From NCBI GenBank assembly GCA_963818475.1, contig CAWFSF010000003.1, forward strand, positions 160,001-224,000: 64,000 bases of DNA, written 5' to 3'. Made by a program: the position numbers and the translations under genes. This DNA comes from Nitrospirota bacterium (lineage in GTDB: Bacteria; Nitrospirota; UBA9217). Below are positions 21,942 through 33,619 of the stretch, one piece after another (positions within the stretch are counted from its first letter, which is position 1; the number at the start of each line of letters is the position of its first letter). The notes under the pieces are model-generated. The model was not told the DNA's origin and ran no database searches. It was given only the letters and a program-made list of their open reading frames with translations.

Positions 21942-24815
21942 ATGAAACGAAGGATCCTGCTGTACCTGCTCGCTTTGTTTCTCTTCACGGTGCTGAGCGC
22001 AGGCTTCGCCACGCTGTATATCATCAACACCACCGGCACGCTCAGCCGCCTGGTCACGCTCCACCAGATAGAAGACCTCCGGAAGGACCTCATCATGTCC
22101 ATCCAGGCGGTCCAGTCCGACCTCTACACCGTTAACACCGCCCTCGGCAGCCAGCTCGACGATATCTCGGACAGGGTCAATCGCCTGGACAAAGCGTCGT
22201 CAAACTGCACAACCTGCCATCACTCGCCCGAGATCACCGCGCAGCTTAACTCGATCCGATCCATGGTCCTCGACTATGAAGGGGACCTGAGCTATTACGT
22301 AACCGCGTCTGCCAACAGCCCGCACATTCTGAAGATGAAGATGGAGGCCGCGGCCACGGGCAACAAGCTGCTGGTGGAAACCGAGAAGATGTCCCTCCGG
22401 GCCAGCAGCCGGCTCGAGGGCATGACGCGCGACGTCATGAGCAAGATCAAAAGGACGGGGGTGATCATTTTCGGCATGATGATCGCCACCTTTGTCTTCG
22501 GCGCCGCCGTCGCCCTGCAGCTGACCGCTGCCATTACGCGGCCCATCAACATCCTGGTAGAGGCCACAAGGCGGATCGCGGCAGGCGAACTGGGATACCA
22601 GGTCGCGGTTGCCGACAAGACCGAGTTCGGCGAACTCTCCTCACGCTTTAACACCATGAGCACGGCACTGAAGGACGGCTACGCCAAGCTCGAGACCGAG
22701 ATCGCCGAGCGCAGGCAGACCGAAGCCGCCCTGACGGGATCCGAGACGTTCCTGAACAACATCTTTAACAGCATCCACGACCCCTTCTGCATCTTCGACC
22801 GCGACTACCGCATCGTCCGGGCGAACGAAGCCTATGCAGAGCTCAAGCGCGTGCAGCTCTCCGGGCTGGTCGACCGCAGCTGCTACGACGCGCTCTACGG
22901 CCGGACCGCGCACTGCGACAACTGCATCGTCCAGAAGACCTTTTTATCGGGCGACTCCTGCGCGAAGGAGAAGCTCGTGAGCACGCCCGACGGCCACCGG
23001 ATGTGGCTCGAGATCTATACGTACCCCATTGTTTCTCCGGACGGACAGATCTCGCACGTGGTCGAGTATAGCCGCGACATCACGGAACGCAAGAAGACCG
23101 AAGAGGCACTTCGCGAAAGCGAGGAGCGCTACGCCGTCGCCGCACGCGGCGCCAATGACGGCCTCTGGGACTGGGACCTGCGGACCAATTCGATCTACTA
23201 CTCGCCCCGCTGGAAGTCCATGCTGGGCTTCAGCGACCAGGAAATATCGAACAGCCCCGAGGAATGGCTCGGCAGGGTCCATCCCGACGACCGGGCCGCG
23301 CTTGAAGCCATGATCGCCTCCCATGCCATGGGGGACAATCAGCCTTTCGAGGGAGAGTTCCGCATCCGCCACAAGGACGGCGCATACGGCTGGGTGCTGA
23401 ACCGCGGGATGGCCGTTCGCGGCAAGACCGGACAGGCCTACCGCATGGCAGGGTCCCAGACCGACATCACGACGCGGAAGCACGCCGAGGCGCAGCTGTT
23501 GTACGACGCCTTCCACGACGCCCTTACCGGGCTGCCGAACCGGGCGCTGTTCATGGACCGGCTGCAGCACCTCATTGACAGCACCAGGCGGCGCGGGGAG
23601 GACACGCTCTTTGCCGTCCTGTTCCTCGACATGGACCGCTTCAAGGTCGTCAACGACAGCCTGGGCCACCTTGCCGGCGACCAGCTGCTCATCGCGGTCG
23701 GCAAGAAAGTATCCGGCTGCCTGCGGCCGGGCGATACCGTGGCGCGCCTCGGCGGCGATGAGTTCGCGGTCCTGCTCGAGAACGTCAGCACGGTCAACGA
23801 CGCCGTTGATATCGCCGAACGGATCCGCATGGAGCTGGCGCTCCCGATCCTCCTCGCCGGGAACAGTGTCTTTACGAGCGTCAGCATCGGCATCGCCCCG
23901 GGAGCCCCGGGCTATGAGCGGCCCGAACAGGTGCTGCGCGACGCCGATATCGCCATGTACCAGGCCAAGGCGCGGGGCGGATCCTGCTTCGAGATCTACG
24001 ACTCACGGATGCATGCCGGGGTCATTGCGCGCCTTCAACTCGAGGCGGATCTGCGCAGGGCCGTGGACCGGCAGGAGTTCATCCTGCACTACCAGCCCAT
24101 CATGGATCTGCAGGCCTCTCGCCTCATCGGCTTCGAAGCCCTGATCCGGTGGAACCACCCTCGTCAGGGACTGATCTATCCCATGGAGTTCATTCCGCTC
24201 GCTGAGGAGACCGGCCTGATCGGCCCGATCGGAGAATGGGTGATGTTCGAAGCATGCCGCCGCCTCAAACTGTGGCAGCAGCAGTACCCCCAGGACCCGC
24301 CGCTCAAGATGAGCATGAACATCTCGGGAAAGCAGTTCTCCCGCTCCGACCTGGCCGAGGTCGTAACGCGGATCCTGCTTGAAACCGGCCTCAAGCCCGA
24401 GTGCCTGGCGCTCGAGATCACGGAAAGCATGATCATGGGGGACATCGACAGCGCTATCGAGACCATGGGCCGCCTGCGCACGATGGGTGTTCAGATCCAC
24501 ATCGACGACTTCGGCACCGGCTATTCCTCATTGAGCCATCTGCACCGCTTTCCGATCACGGCGCTCAAGATCGACCGCGCCTTCGTCGGGAAGCTTCTGG
24601 CGAACGGCGAGAACGATGCCATCATCACCTCCATCGTTACGCTGGCCAAAAGTCTGAACCTGGAGGTCATTGCCGAGGGGATCGAGCTCGACCACCAGCT
24701 CTCGAGCATCAAGGACCTGCGGTGCCGGTTCGGGCAGGGGTTCCTCTTCTCCCGGGCCATGGACCCTGCTGCCGTTGATATCTGGATCGAGTCCGGCACG
24801 CCCATGAAGGGGTAG
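21942..24815 (+). CDS. Membrane sensor: periplasmic CxxCH - HAMP - 2 PAS - GGDEF - EAL
   Basis: Two TM helices flanking CTTCH; RPGD..GGDEF; EAL and DDFGTGYSS intact. Confidence 0.92.
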   Translation: MKRRILLYLLALFLFTVLSAGFATLYIINTTGTLSRLVTLHQIEDLRKDLIMSIQAVQSDLYTVNTALGSQLDDISDRVNRLDKASSNCTTCHHSPEITAQLNSIRSMVLDYEGDLSYYVTASANSPHILKMKMEAAATGNKLLVETEKMSLRASSRLEGMTRDVMSKIKRTGVIIFGMMIATFVFGAAVALQLTAAITRPINILVEATRRIAAGELGYQVAVADKTEFGELSSRFNTMSTALKDGYAKLETEIAERRQTEAALTGSETFLNNIFNSIHDPFCIFDRDYRIVRANEAYAELKRVQLSGLVDRSCYDALYGRTAHCDNCIVQKTFLSGDSCAKEKLVSTPDGHRMWLEIYTYPIVSPDGQISHVVEYSRDITERKKTEEALRESEERYAVAARGANDGLWDWDLRTNSIYYSPRWKSMLGFSDQEISNSPEEWLGRVHPDDRAALEAMIASHAMGDNQPFEGEFRIRHKDGAYGWVLNRGMAVRGKTGQAYRMAGSQTDITTRKHAEAQLLYDAFHDALTGLPNRALFMDRLQHLIDSTRRRGEDTLFAVLFLDMDRFKVVNDSLGHLAGDQLLIAVGKKVSGCLRPGDTVARLGGDEFAVLLENVSTVNDAVDIAERIRMELALPILLAGNSVFTSVSIGIAPGAPGYERPEQVLRDADIAMYQAKARGGSCFEIYDSRMHAGVIARLQLEADLRRAVDRQEFILHYQPIMDLQASRLIGFEALIRWNHPRQGLIYPMEFIPLAEETGLIGPIGEWVMFEACRRLKLWQQQYPQDPPLKMSMNISGKQFSRSDLAEVVTRILLETGLKPECLALEITESMIMGDIDSAIETMGRLRTMGVQIHIDDFGTGYSSLSHLHRFPITALKIDRAFVGKLLANGENDAIITSIVTLAKSLNLEVIAEGIELDHQLSSIKDLRCRFGQGFLFSRAMDPAAVDIWIESGTPMKG

Positions 24816-24819
24816 CCTT

Positions 24820-27090
24820 ATGACAAAGACCAGCAAGACCGACAGTCTCCGCCCCTCCAACACGGTCACCGGCAGTCTCATGCTGGGCTGGACCGCCATC
24901 ATCATTATTTCGCTGGCCTGGAACCTGTACCACAATCATCTTAACATCCTGGAAAAGGCGCGCATAGAAGCGTTGACGCTCTACGAACTGAACCTGGCCT
25001 ATCGCAACTGGGCCGCCGGGCATGGCGGCGTATACGTGCCCGTGACAGAAACATTCCAGCCGAACCCCTACCTGAAGGCGCCCCAGCGGGAGGTAACAAC
25101 GAAATCCGGCAAGGAACTTACCCTCGTGAACCCCGCCTGGATGAACCGGCAGGTCTTCGAGATCCTGGGCCGTCAATCGCCGCTTCCGATCAGGAGCCAC
25201 CTGACGAGCCTCAAGTTCGTCAATCCGGCCAACAAACCCGACGCCTGGGAAGAAGAGGCGCTTCGCGCATTCGAACAGGGCAGCACGGAAGCGAGCGCCA
25301 CCATGCAGGTCGATGGTAATGAATACCAGCGGGTCATGAAGCCCTTCGTGGCGGAGCAAGGGTGCCTCACCTGCCACGGCCACCAGGGGTATGCCGTAGG
25401 TGACGTCCGGGGAGGCATCAGCATTGCCGTTCCGCTCAAGCCGTACTTCGTAGCCGAGCTGCAGGAGCGCCGGACCATCGGCCTTACCCATGCCGTCCTG
25501 TGGTGCATCGGCTTCGGCGGCATCCTTCTGGCAACGCGCACCTTCGCAAAACAGCAGGCACTGCTGGCAGGCAGCGAGGAGAAATACCGGCTGCTCTTCG
25601 AGAACAACCCTCATCCCATGTGGGTCCACGACCAGGACACTCTCCGGTTCCTCGCCGTCAACAATGCCGCGCAGCAGGCCTACGGGTATTCACGGGAAGA
25701 ATTCCTCTCCATGACCTTCGCGGATATCCGGCCGGCTGAGGACATCCCTGCACCGGCCGGGAACTCTGCGCACACGACCGCGGGTTTCGATGCAGGCGGC
25801 GTCTGGCGGCACCGGAAAAAGGACGGGAACACGATCTTCGTTGAGATCGCCGCACACCCGGTGGTTTTTGCGGACCATCGCGCCCGGCTGGTCACCGCAA
25901 CCGACATCACGGAGCGGCGTCAGCTCGAAGGCCAGCTCCGGCAGGCTCAGAAGATGGAGGCGGTGGGCCAGCTCGCCGGAGGCGTGGCGCACGACTTCAA
26001 CAACATCCTGACCGCGATCTCCGGATACGGCAACCTCCTGCTGATGAAGCTGCAAGCCGACGACCCTTTGAGGCATAACGTGGAACAGATCCTCTCCTCG
26101 TCCGAACGGGCCGCACGTCTGACGCAGAGCCTGCTCACCTACAGCCGCAAGCAGATCATCAATCCCAAGCCGGTCGACATCAACGCTTTGGTCAACCGGA
26201 TAGCGCTGCTGCTCCGCCGGCTGATCGGCGAGGACATCGACCTGAGAACGAAGCTTGCGGACGCGCGGCTCATGGTCATGGCCGACAGCGTCCAGATCGA
26301 CCAGGCACTGATGAACCTCAGCACCAATGCGCGCGATGCCATGCCGTCAGGCGGTTCGCTCCTGATCGAGACCGCGAGGACCGTTCTGGACGACGATTTC
26401 AAAAAACTGCATGCCTTTGGGGGCAAAGGTGCTTTTGCGCTCATTTCCATCACCGATACCGGCCTGGGCATGGATGAAGCAACTCGGCAGAGGATCTTCG
26501 ACCCCTTCTTCACGACCAAAGACGTCGGGAGAGGCACGGGCCTGGGCCTTGCCATGGTCTACGGCATCGTCAAGCAGCATAACGGATTGATCACCGTGTA
26601 CAGCGAACCCGGCAATGGTTCATGCTTCAGGATCTACCTTCCGCTCATGCCGGGGGACGACAGCAGGGAGGATGACGTTGCTGCGGCCTTGCCCGTGCCC
26701 CGGGGCGCCGAAACCGTGCTTCTTGCCGAGGACGACGATGCGGTTCGCAACCTGACCAGGACGGTGCTGGAGCAGTTCGGCTACCGCGTCATCGAGGCGC
26801 GGGACGGCGAGGATGCTGTGGCGAAGTTCAGCGAGAATGCGGACACGGTCTCGCTGGCCATTCTTGACGTGGTCATGCCGAAGAAGAACGGTCTGGATAC
26901 CTATAACCGGCTGCAGGAATTGAAACCCGGCATCAAAGCGCTGTTTATGAGCGGCTACACTGCCGACATCATCCATAAAAAAGGCATCCTCGAAAAGGGG
27001 CTGCTCTTTATCTCGAAGCCCTCCTCCCCGGGCGACCTGCTCAGGAAAGTGCGGGAAGCGCTGGACGGCGCACAACCGGACGCGTCATGA
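24820..27090 (+). CDS. Hybrid histidine kinase with DUF3365-like periplasmic heme-c domain, PAS and receiver
   Basis: [32 protein letters not shown], receiver. Confidence 0.92.
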   Translation: MTKTSKTDSLRPSNTVTGSLMLGWTAIIIISLAWNLYHNHLNILEKARIEALTLYELNLAYRNWAAGHGGVYVPVTETFQPNPYLKAPQREVTTKSGKELTLVNPAWMNRQVFEILGRQSPLPIRSHLTSLKFVNPANKPDAWEEEALRAFEQGSTEASATMQVDGNEYQRVMKPFVAEQGCLTCHGHQGYAVGDVRGGISIAVPLKPYFVAELQERRTIGLTHAVLWCIGFGGILLATRTFAKQQALLAGSEEKYRLLFENNPHPMWVHDQDTLRFLAVNNAAQQAYGYSREEFLSMTFADIRPAEDIPAPAGNSAHTTAGFDAGGVWRHRKKDGNTIFVEIAAHPVVFADHRARLVTATDITERRQLEGQLRQAQKMEAVGQLAGGVAHDFNNILTAISGYGNLLLMKLQADDPLRHNVEQILSSSERAARLTQSLLTYSRKQIINPKPVDINALVNRIALLLRRLIGEDIDLRTKLADARLMVMADSVQIDQALMNLSTNARDAMPSGGSLLIETARTVLDDDFKKLHAFGGKGAFALISITDTGLGMDEATRQRIFDPFFTTKDVGRGTGLGLAMVYGIVKQHNGLITVYSEPGNGSCFRIYLPLMPGDDSREDDVAAALPVPRGAETVLLAEDDDAVRNLTRTVLEQFGYRVIEARDGEDAVAKFSENADTVSLAILDVVMPKKNGLDTYNRLQELKPGIKALFMSGYTADIIHKKGILEKGLLFISKPSSPGDLLRKVREALDGAQPDAS

Positions 27091-27199
27091 TTCTGCAGTC
27101 ATCTTCTGCTTAGTTTTGCAGAAGAAGGTTCTCTCCTCGTACCTGCCTCGTATTATCTGCGGGAATCTGCGTACATCTGCGGCCGGCAGCTTTTTTAAG

Positions 27200-28408
27200 A
27201 TGATCTTCTTCCCAAATATCATTACCGCTGTTTTCAGCTCCAGGCCGAACCGGTTCATTGTCCACTGCCTGGTGGGAGACAGGCTCGTGCGCGCCTATCT
27301 GCCGAACCCGGGAAGGCTCCACGAGCTCTTTTTGCCCGGAGCACGGCTCTTTCTCGTCCCTCAGGAAGTCCGGCCAGGCAGGAAGACACCCTATCTGGTC
27401 GTGGCGGTCGAGCGGGACCACCGGCCGATCATGCTCCACACCCATGCGAACAACCTGGTGGCAAAGCATTTGATCGAAGAGAACCGTATCCCGGGCCTTG
27501 AACAGGCTGTTGTCATAAAACAGGAGCACACGATCGGCCGCAGCCGGTTCGATTTTCTGCTGCGCCAAGGGGGCAGGAATGTGGTGCTCGAGGTCAAATC
27601 CTGCACCCTCTTCGGAAAAAGGATCGCCATGTTCCCCGATGCCGTGACCGAGCGAGGCAGGCGGCATCTGCTCGAACTGGCAGGGCTTGCCGGCTCAGGT
27701 ATGGCAACAGCAGTGCTCTTCGTTGTTCATTCGCCAACGCCGCGGTATTTCATGCCCGATTATCATACCGACCTCGAGTTCAGCCGCACGCTGCTTGCGG
27801 TCAAAGACCGGGTCATGATCAGGGCCCTGGCCGTTGAGTGGAAACGCGACCTCTCGCTCGGCAGCTCGGTGCGGGAGCTCCCGATCCCCTGGGCGATCAT
27901 CGAGCGGGAAGCGCAGGACCGCGGGAGCTGCATCGTGGTCCTCCATCTTGCGCGCACCCGCAGGATCAAGACCGGCGATCTCGGTCCGCTCTCTTTTCCC
28001 AAAGGATTTTATTGCTATGTCGGCTCAGCGCAGGACAACCTGAGCAGGCGCGTTGCCCATTATCAGCGGACTCGCAAACAGCCCGTGCGCGACATCGATT
28101 ATCTCAGGGAACAGGCGAAGGTGACGGCCGTCCTGCCCGTGCGTGCCAGCGCGGACCTCGCCTGCAGCATTGCCGGGGCGCTCCGGGCGATCGCAGGCTG
28201 GTCCATTCCCGGCTTCGGTTCAGCCGACTGCGGCTGCAGCAGCCATCTCTTCGGCATGGCGGAAGACCCGCTGCATTCCCCGCTATTTATGCAAACCTTG
28301 CTGCACTTCAGGATGGATCGGCTGGAAGAAGAGCTGGCGGCGGGAGAGCAAACAATATCGAAAGCCCCAGGGTCTGGCTCTGAGAGGATTAAACATGAAG
28401 CGGGATAA
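27200..28408 (+). CDS. sfsA: SfsA nuclease fused to a DUF123/GIY-YIG domain
   Basis: RPNRF, LPNPGRL, SRFDF, LEVKSCTL, FPDAVTERG.RHL; then YCYVGSA, IDYL, FGSADCGCSSHL. Confidence 0.85.
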   Translation: MIFFPNIITAVFSSRPNRFIVHCLVGDRLVRAYLPNPGRLHELFLPGARLFLVPQEVRPGRKTPYLVVAVERDHRPIMLHTHANNLVAKHLIEENRIPGLEQAVVIKQEHTIGRSRFDFLLRQGGRNVVLEVKSCTLFGKRIAMFPDAVTERGRRHLLELAGLAGSGMATAVLFVVHSPTPRYFMPDYHTDLEFSRTLLAVKDRVMIRALAVEWKRDLSLGSSVRELPIPWAIIEREAQDRGSCIVVLHLARTRRIKTGDLGPLSFPKGFYCYVGSAQDNLSRRVAHYQRTRKQPVRDIDYLREQAKVTAVLPVRASADLACSIAGALRAIAGWSIPGFGSADCGCSSHLFGMAEDPLHSPLFMQTLLHFRMDRLEEELAAGEQTISKAPGSGSERIKHEAG

Positions 28409-28462
28409 TGCAAAGAACAGCGGTTGAACGTGAAGGTCCGTATCGGGATGATGAGAATAAAA

Positions 28463-28611
28463 GGTTCGTTCGTATTGAAGTTGAAAAGTTCATAAATCCG
28501 AAATCAAAGATCAAGAACCTCTTCGGAGGAGAAAGGGGGAAGTTGGGGAAAAGGGGCAAATGCTATTAATAAGAGCTGCTCCCCATTTCACCATCCTTTT
28601 CCATTTCTCCT
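28463..28611 (+). repeat. ~125-150 bp repeat, homologous and inverted relative to 33914-34041
   Basis: GGTTCRTTCGTATTKAAGTTGA...AAGATCAAKAACCTCTT..AGGAGAAAGGGGGAAGT...TATTAATRAGAG...CCCCATTTC shared. Confidence 0.8.
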
Positions 28612-28757
28612 AACCCGAACAAGCCGGAGCCGAAAAGCCTTTTCACCACGAAGGGCACGAAGATCACGAAAAAGTTGAAAAAGACAAAATCAAAATATTG
28701 ATTTTAACTTCGCGCGCTTCGTGTTCTTCGTGGTAAACTTTCTTGCCATTTGAGAAG
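28609..28757 (+). mobile_element. Non-autonomous shell+core element (CACGAAG-unit arms)
   Basis: CCTAACCCGAACAAGCCGGAGCC ... TTTCTTGCCATTTGAGAAG. Confidence 0.7.
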
Positions 28758-28763
28758 ACGCTG

Positions 28764-29195
28764 TCAACTCTTCCTTGACGCGAAGGTGTAATCAACATAC
28801 CCCATGATCTGCGTCTTGCCTTCTTCCGTGACCTGTCGATACTTTCTGATCAGTTGTATTTCCACGGGACTCAGGATCTTGCCGAGATAATCGGTCTGCT
28901 CCGAGGACAACGGAAAGATCCGCTTTCCTTCCTTGTAATGCGTTTGCGATGGGGAGAGGAAATAGCCTTTCACGTCGGCCGGCACTTTTTCCTGGTGAGC
29001 GGCCAGGATCAATCCCGACGCATCCAGGCCAAGCCTGCTCGCTATGGTACTGAGCGTTCTGTCCTTCGGAAGATGTCCTTTATTGAGAATGACCCGGAGG
29101 AGCTCAGGGCTGATGTCCAGGAACTTTGCGGAATCCTTCAAATTTTTAAATTTCTTTTTCTCCAGTGCCTGTCTGATACGCTCGGATATTTTCAT
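28764..29195 (-). CDS. XRE-like helix-turn-helix protein
   Basis: N-terminal HTH pattern; C-terminal EIQLIRKYRQV tail typical of XRE regulators; GGGGGA RBS. Confidence 0.7.
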   Translation of the reverse strand: MKISERIRQALEKKKFKNLKDSAKFLDISPELLRVILNKGHLPKDRTLSTIASRLGLDASGLILAAHQEKVPADVKGYFLSPSQTHYKEGKRIFPLSSEQTDYLGKILSPVEIQLIRKYRQVTEEGKTQIMGYVDYTFASRKS

Positions 29196-29328
29196 AGTTC
29201 CCCCTTCTGGTGCTACACGGTATCAAGAATTAACCACAGAGCGCACAGGTGAAGAGCTTGACGGTAGACAGCAACTTCCTCTGTGTCGTACCCTCTGGGG
29301 TTGCCTGTTTTTTTCTCTTTTTGGAATT

Positions 29329-31814
29329 CTACTGCTTCCCTGCCACCGGCTTCACGTTCCAGATACGGTCTGCATATTCCCTGATCGTGCGGTCGCTGGA
29401 GAACTTCCCCATGCCCGCCACGTTCAGGATCGCGCGCCGGGACCACTCTTCAGGATCGCGGTAGAGCGCGTCCACCCGCTCCTGGCAGCCATGTAGGATG
29501 CATAGTCGGCAAGCAGCAGGAAATGGTCGCCGTACGTGTCAGCGCATCGAAGATCGGGCGGAACCGGTCCGGCGCATCAGGCGAGAAGTAGCCGCTGTCG
29601 ATCATGTCCAGGGCCTGCTTGAGCTCGTCGTTGGCGTTGTAGAGGTCCCAGGGATGATAGCCCCGTGCGCGGAGCGCGGCAACCTCGTCTGCGGTCATGC
29701 CGAAGATGAAGATGTTCTCGTCGCCCACCTCCTCCCTCATCTCGATGTTCGCGCCGTCCAGCGTGCCGATGGTGAGCGCGCCGTTCAGGCCGAACTTCAT
29801 GTTGCCCGTGCCCGAGGCCTCGGTGCCGGCGGTGGAGATCTGCTCGGACAGGTCGCAGGCCGGGATGATCTTCTCGGCGTTCGAGACATTGTAGTCGGGG
29901 AGGAAAACGACCTTGAGCAGATTGTCGACCGCGGGATCGTTGTTCACGACGTCGCCGACGCAGTGGATGAGCTTGATGATCAGCTTGGCCATGGCATAGC
30001 CGGGCGCGGCCTTGCCCGCGAAGATCACCGTGCGCGGGACCAGGTCCTGGACCCGGCCCTCGCGGATGCGGTTGTACCGGGTCACGACGTGCAGCACGTT
30101 CAGGAGCTGCCGCTTGTATTCGTGGATGCGCTTGATCTGCACGTCGAACAGCGACGCCGGGTCCACGACGAGCCTCAGCCGCATCTTGATGATCTCGGCC
30201 AGCCGCTCCTTGTTCGCGCGCTTCACCGTCGCGGAACTCGCTGCCGGAACGCCGCGTCCTCGGCAAGGGGCGCGAGCTTCCTCAGTTCCGCAGAGATCGC
30301 TGATCCACGTCGTCGCCGATATGCGCGCGTGATGAGCGCCGACAGCCCCGGGTTGGCCTGGTGCAGCCAGCGGCGCGGCGTGATGCCGTTCGTGATGTTG
30401 ATGATCTTGCCGGGAAAGAACTGGTCGAAGTCGGCGAAGATGGTCTTCTTCATCAGGTCCGTATGGATCTGCGACACGCCGTTCACCTGGTGGCTCCCGA
30501 CGATGGCCAGGTGCGCCATGCGCACGCGCCGGCCGCCCTCCTCGTCAATGATGGACATGCGCCGCAGCCGGTCCACGTCGCCGGGATAGCGGTGCCGCAC
30601 CTCCTCCAGAAAGCGGTAGTTGATCTCGTAGATGATCTGCAGGTGGCGCGGCAGGATCTCCTCGAAGAGGCTCACCGGCCAGGTCTCCAGCGCTTCGGGC
30701 ATGAGCGTGTGGTTCGTGTAGGAGAAGGTGCGGCGCGTGATGTCCCAGGCGCGGTCCCAGTCGAGGTGATGGATGTCGACCAGCACGCGCATCAGCTCGG
30801 GAATGGCGATGGACGGATGGGTGTCGTTCAGCTGGATCGCCACCTTGTCCGGCAGCTCGTCCAGGTTCTGGATGATACTTGGTGAAGCGCCGCAGGATGT
30901 CCTGGAGCGAGGCGCAGACGAAGAAGTACTGCTGCTTGAGCCGCAGCTCCCGGCCCATCTGGGTGGTGTCGTCGGGGTAGAGCACCTTGGACAGGTTCTC
31001 CGATTCGTTCTTCTCCTCCACGGCCTTGATGTAGTTGCCCTCGTTGAAGTACTTGAGGTTGAAATCGCGCGACGCCTTGGCCGACCAGAGCCGCATGTTG
31101 TTCACGGTGCTCGGTGTCGTAGCCGGGCACCGGCGTGTCGTAGGCCATGGCCATCACGTCTTCGGTGTCCACCCAGTGAAACTGCGCATGGCCCTGCTCG
31201 TCCTTGAACTGCACCACCCGGCCGCCGAACTGCACCGGGAAGAGCACCTCGGGCCGCGGGAACTCCCAGGGATTGCCGTAGCGCAGCCAGTTGTCGGGGT
31301 GCTCCACCTGGTAGCCGTTCTCGATGCGCTGGGTGAACATGCCGTACTCGTAGCGGATGCCGTAGCCGTAGCCCGGCAGGGAGAGCGTGGCCATGGAATC
31401 GAGGAAACAGGCGGCAAGCCTGCCGAGCCCGCCGTTGCCCAGGGCGGCGTCCTTCTCCAGTTCGCGGATCCGGTCGATGTCCAGTTCCAGGTCGCAGAGC
31501 GCCTCGCGGCATTCTTCGTAGAACCCCATGTTCAGCAGGCTGTTCGTAAGCAGCCGGCCGGTCAGGAACTCCATGGACAGATAGTAGACGCGCTTGGCAT
31601 CGGATCGGTAGTAGCTGCGCATGGTCTCCATCCAGCGCTCGATCAGCCGCTCGCGCACGGCATAGGCCGTGGTATGGAACCAGTCGCGGTGCGTGGCCGT
31701 GATCGGGTCCTTGCCGAGCGAGTAGATCAGGCGGTTGGCGAGGGAGTGCTTGAGCGCCGCCCGGTCCCGTCCGCGCTTGCTGTATTCGAATCCGTCTATC
31801 TTCTTGATGGTCAT
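29329..31814 (-). CDS. glgP: Glycogen/starch phosphorylase (multiple frameshifts)
   Basis: [50 protein letters not shown] across frames. Confidence 0.93.
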
Positions 31815-31896
31815 GGCGCCTCCGTGCAGAGAACCAATAAGCGCTAAATCCCGGACAGCAAAACCCACCGAGCTCGAAGCCACGAGGAACATTGTA

Positions 31897-33619
31897 TCAT
31901 ATCTCCATGATGATCGGCAGGATCATGGGCCGCCGCTCCATGCGCTTGTTGATGAACTTCTTGAGCACGCTCCGCACCTTGGCGGAAACGAGCGACCAGT
32001 CGCCCTTGGCCTCGGGGATCATGAGCGGAGCGTGTCCAGTCACCAGGTCCTTCACCTCGGCCAGAAGCTCCTGCGAGGCGTCCTCGAACACGAACCCGCG
32101 CGATACGATGTCCGGGCCCGAGACGACCTTGCCCGTCGGCTTTTCGATGGCGAGGATCACGATCACCACGCCGTCGTGGGCGAGCCTCATCCGGTCGCGA
32201 GCATCACGTGTCCACGCCGACTCGACGCCGACCCGGCGGTCTTGCCGTCGATGTAGCACGCGGCCCGCCTGGACCCGGCCTGCCCTGCGTCGCGGTGTCT
32301 GGCCGTGAACTCCATCACCTCGCCGTCCTCCAGGATAAAGATGTGCTCTTCGGGGATGTTCACCTTCCTTGCCAGCTGGCTGTGGTACACCAGGTGGCGG
32401 TACTCGCCGTGGACCGGGATGAAGTAGCGCGGCTTGATGAGGTTCAGCATCAGCTTCAGCTCTTCCTTGGACGCATGGCCCGACACGTGGATCTCCGAGA
32501 CCTTCTCGTAGAAGACCTCGGCCCCGCGCTTGAACAGATGGTTGATGATCCCCGTGATGCCGCGCTCGTTGCCCGGGATCATCTTGGACGAGAGCACGAT
32601 GGTGTCGCCCTTCCTGATCTGGAAATGCTTGTGGTCGTTGGCGGCCATGCGCGACAGCGCGCTCATGGGCTCGCCCTGGCTGCCGGTGGTGATCAGCACG
32701 ACCTTGTCGTCGGGCAGGTTCTTGAGCGCGTCGATCTTGAGCCAGGTCTCGGGCGGCATCCGGAGATAGCCGAGGTCGAGGGCGATCTGGGCGTTGGCGA
32801 TCATGCTCTTGCCGTTCAGGATCACCTTCCGGCCGTACATGACGGCCACGTCGACGATCTGCTGCACCCGGTGGATGTTCGAGGCAAAGGTGGCCACCAC
32901 GATCCTGCCGGCTGCGCGGTGAAAGATGTCCTCCAGGCCGCGCCGCACTTCCTTTTCCGAGAAGGTGTAGCCGCCCTGCCCGGCGTTGGTGCTGTCCGAC
33001 AGGAACACCAGCGTTCCCTTGTCGCCGTACTCGGCAAAGGTGCGGAGGTCCATGATCTCGTTGTCCACGGGCGTGGGGTCGATCTTGAAGTCGCCGGTGT
33101 GCACCACGCGCCCCACCGGCGTCGTGATGCCGAGGCCGCAGCCGTCCACGATGCTGTGGGTCACGCGGATGAACTCCACCGGAAAGCAGCCGAGCTCCAC
33201 CACATCGCGGGGCTTGACCGTGACCAGCTTGCGCATCGGCATCGAGCCCGTGCTCCCGGAGCTTTTCCTTGACGAACCCGAGCGTCAGCCGGGTGCCGTA
33301 GACCGGGACGTTGATCTCGCGCAGCAGGAACGGCAGAGCGCCGATGTGGTCCTCGTGGGCATGGGTGATCAGGATGCCGCGCACCTTGTGTCTGGTTCTC
33401 GACGAGGTAGGTGAAGTCGGGGATCACGATGTCGACGCCGAGCATCTCGGCGTCGGGGAACATGAGGCCCGCATCGATCACGATGATATCGTCGCCGTAT
33501 TCGAGCACGGTCATGTTCAGGCCGATCTCGCCCACGCCGCCCAGCGGGATGATCGAGAGAGCGGGACCGGCAGACACGAGAGGTGCGGCGGAAGGGAGAT
33601 CATCAGGGATATCAGGCAC
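31897..33619 (-). CDS. rnj: Ribonuclease J (frameshifted)
   Basis: [48 protein letters not shown]. Confidence 0.93.

Noticed and set aside
29329-33619. glgP and rnj as pseudogenes or programmed-frameshift genes
   Set aside because: Multiple scattered indels without slippery motifs, while active-site residues are intact, fit sequencing error better.
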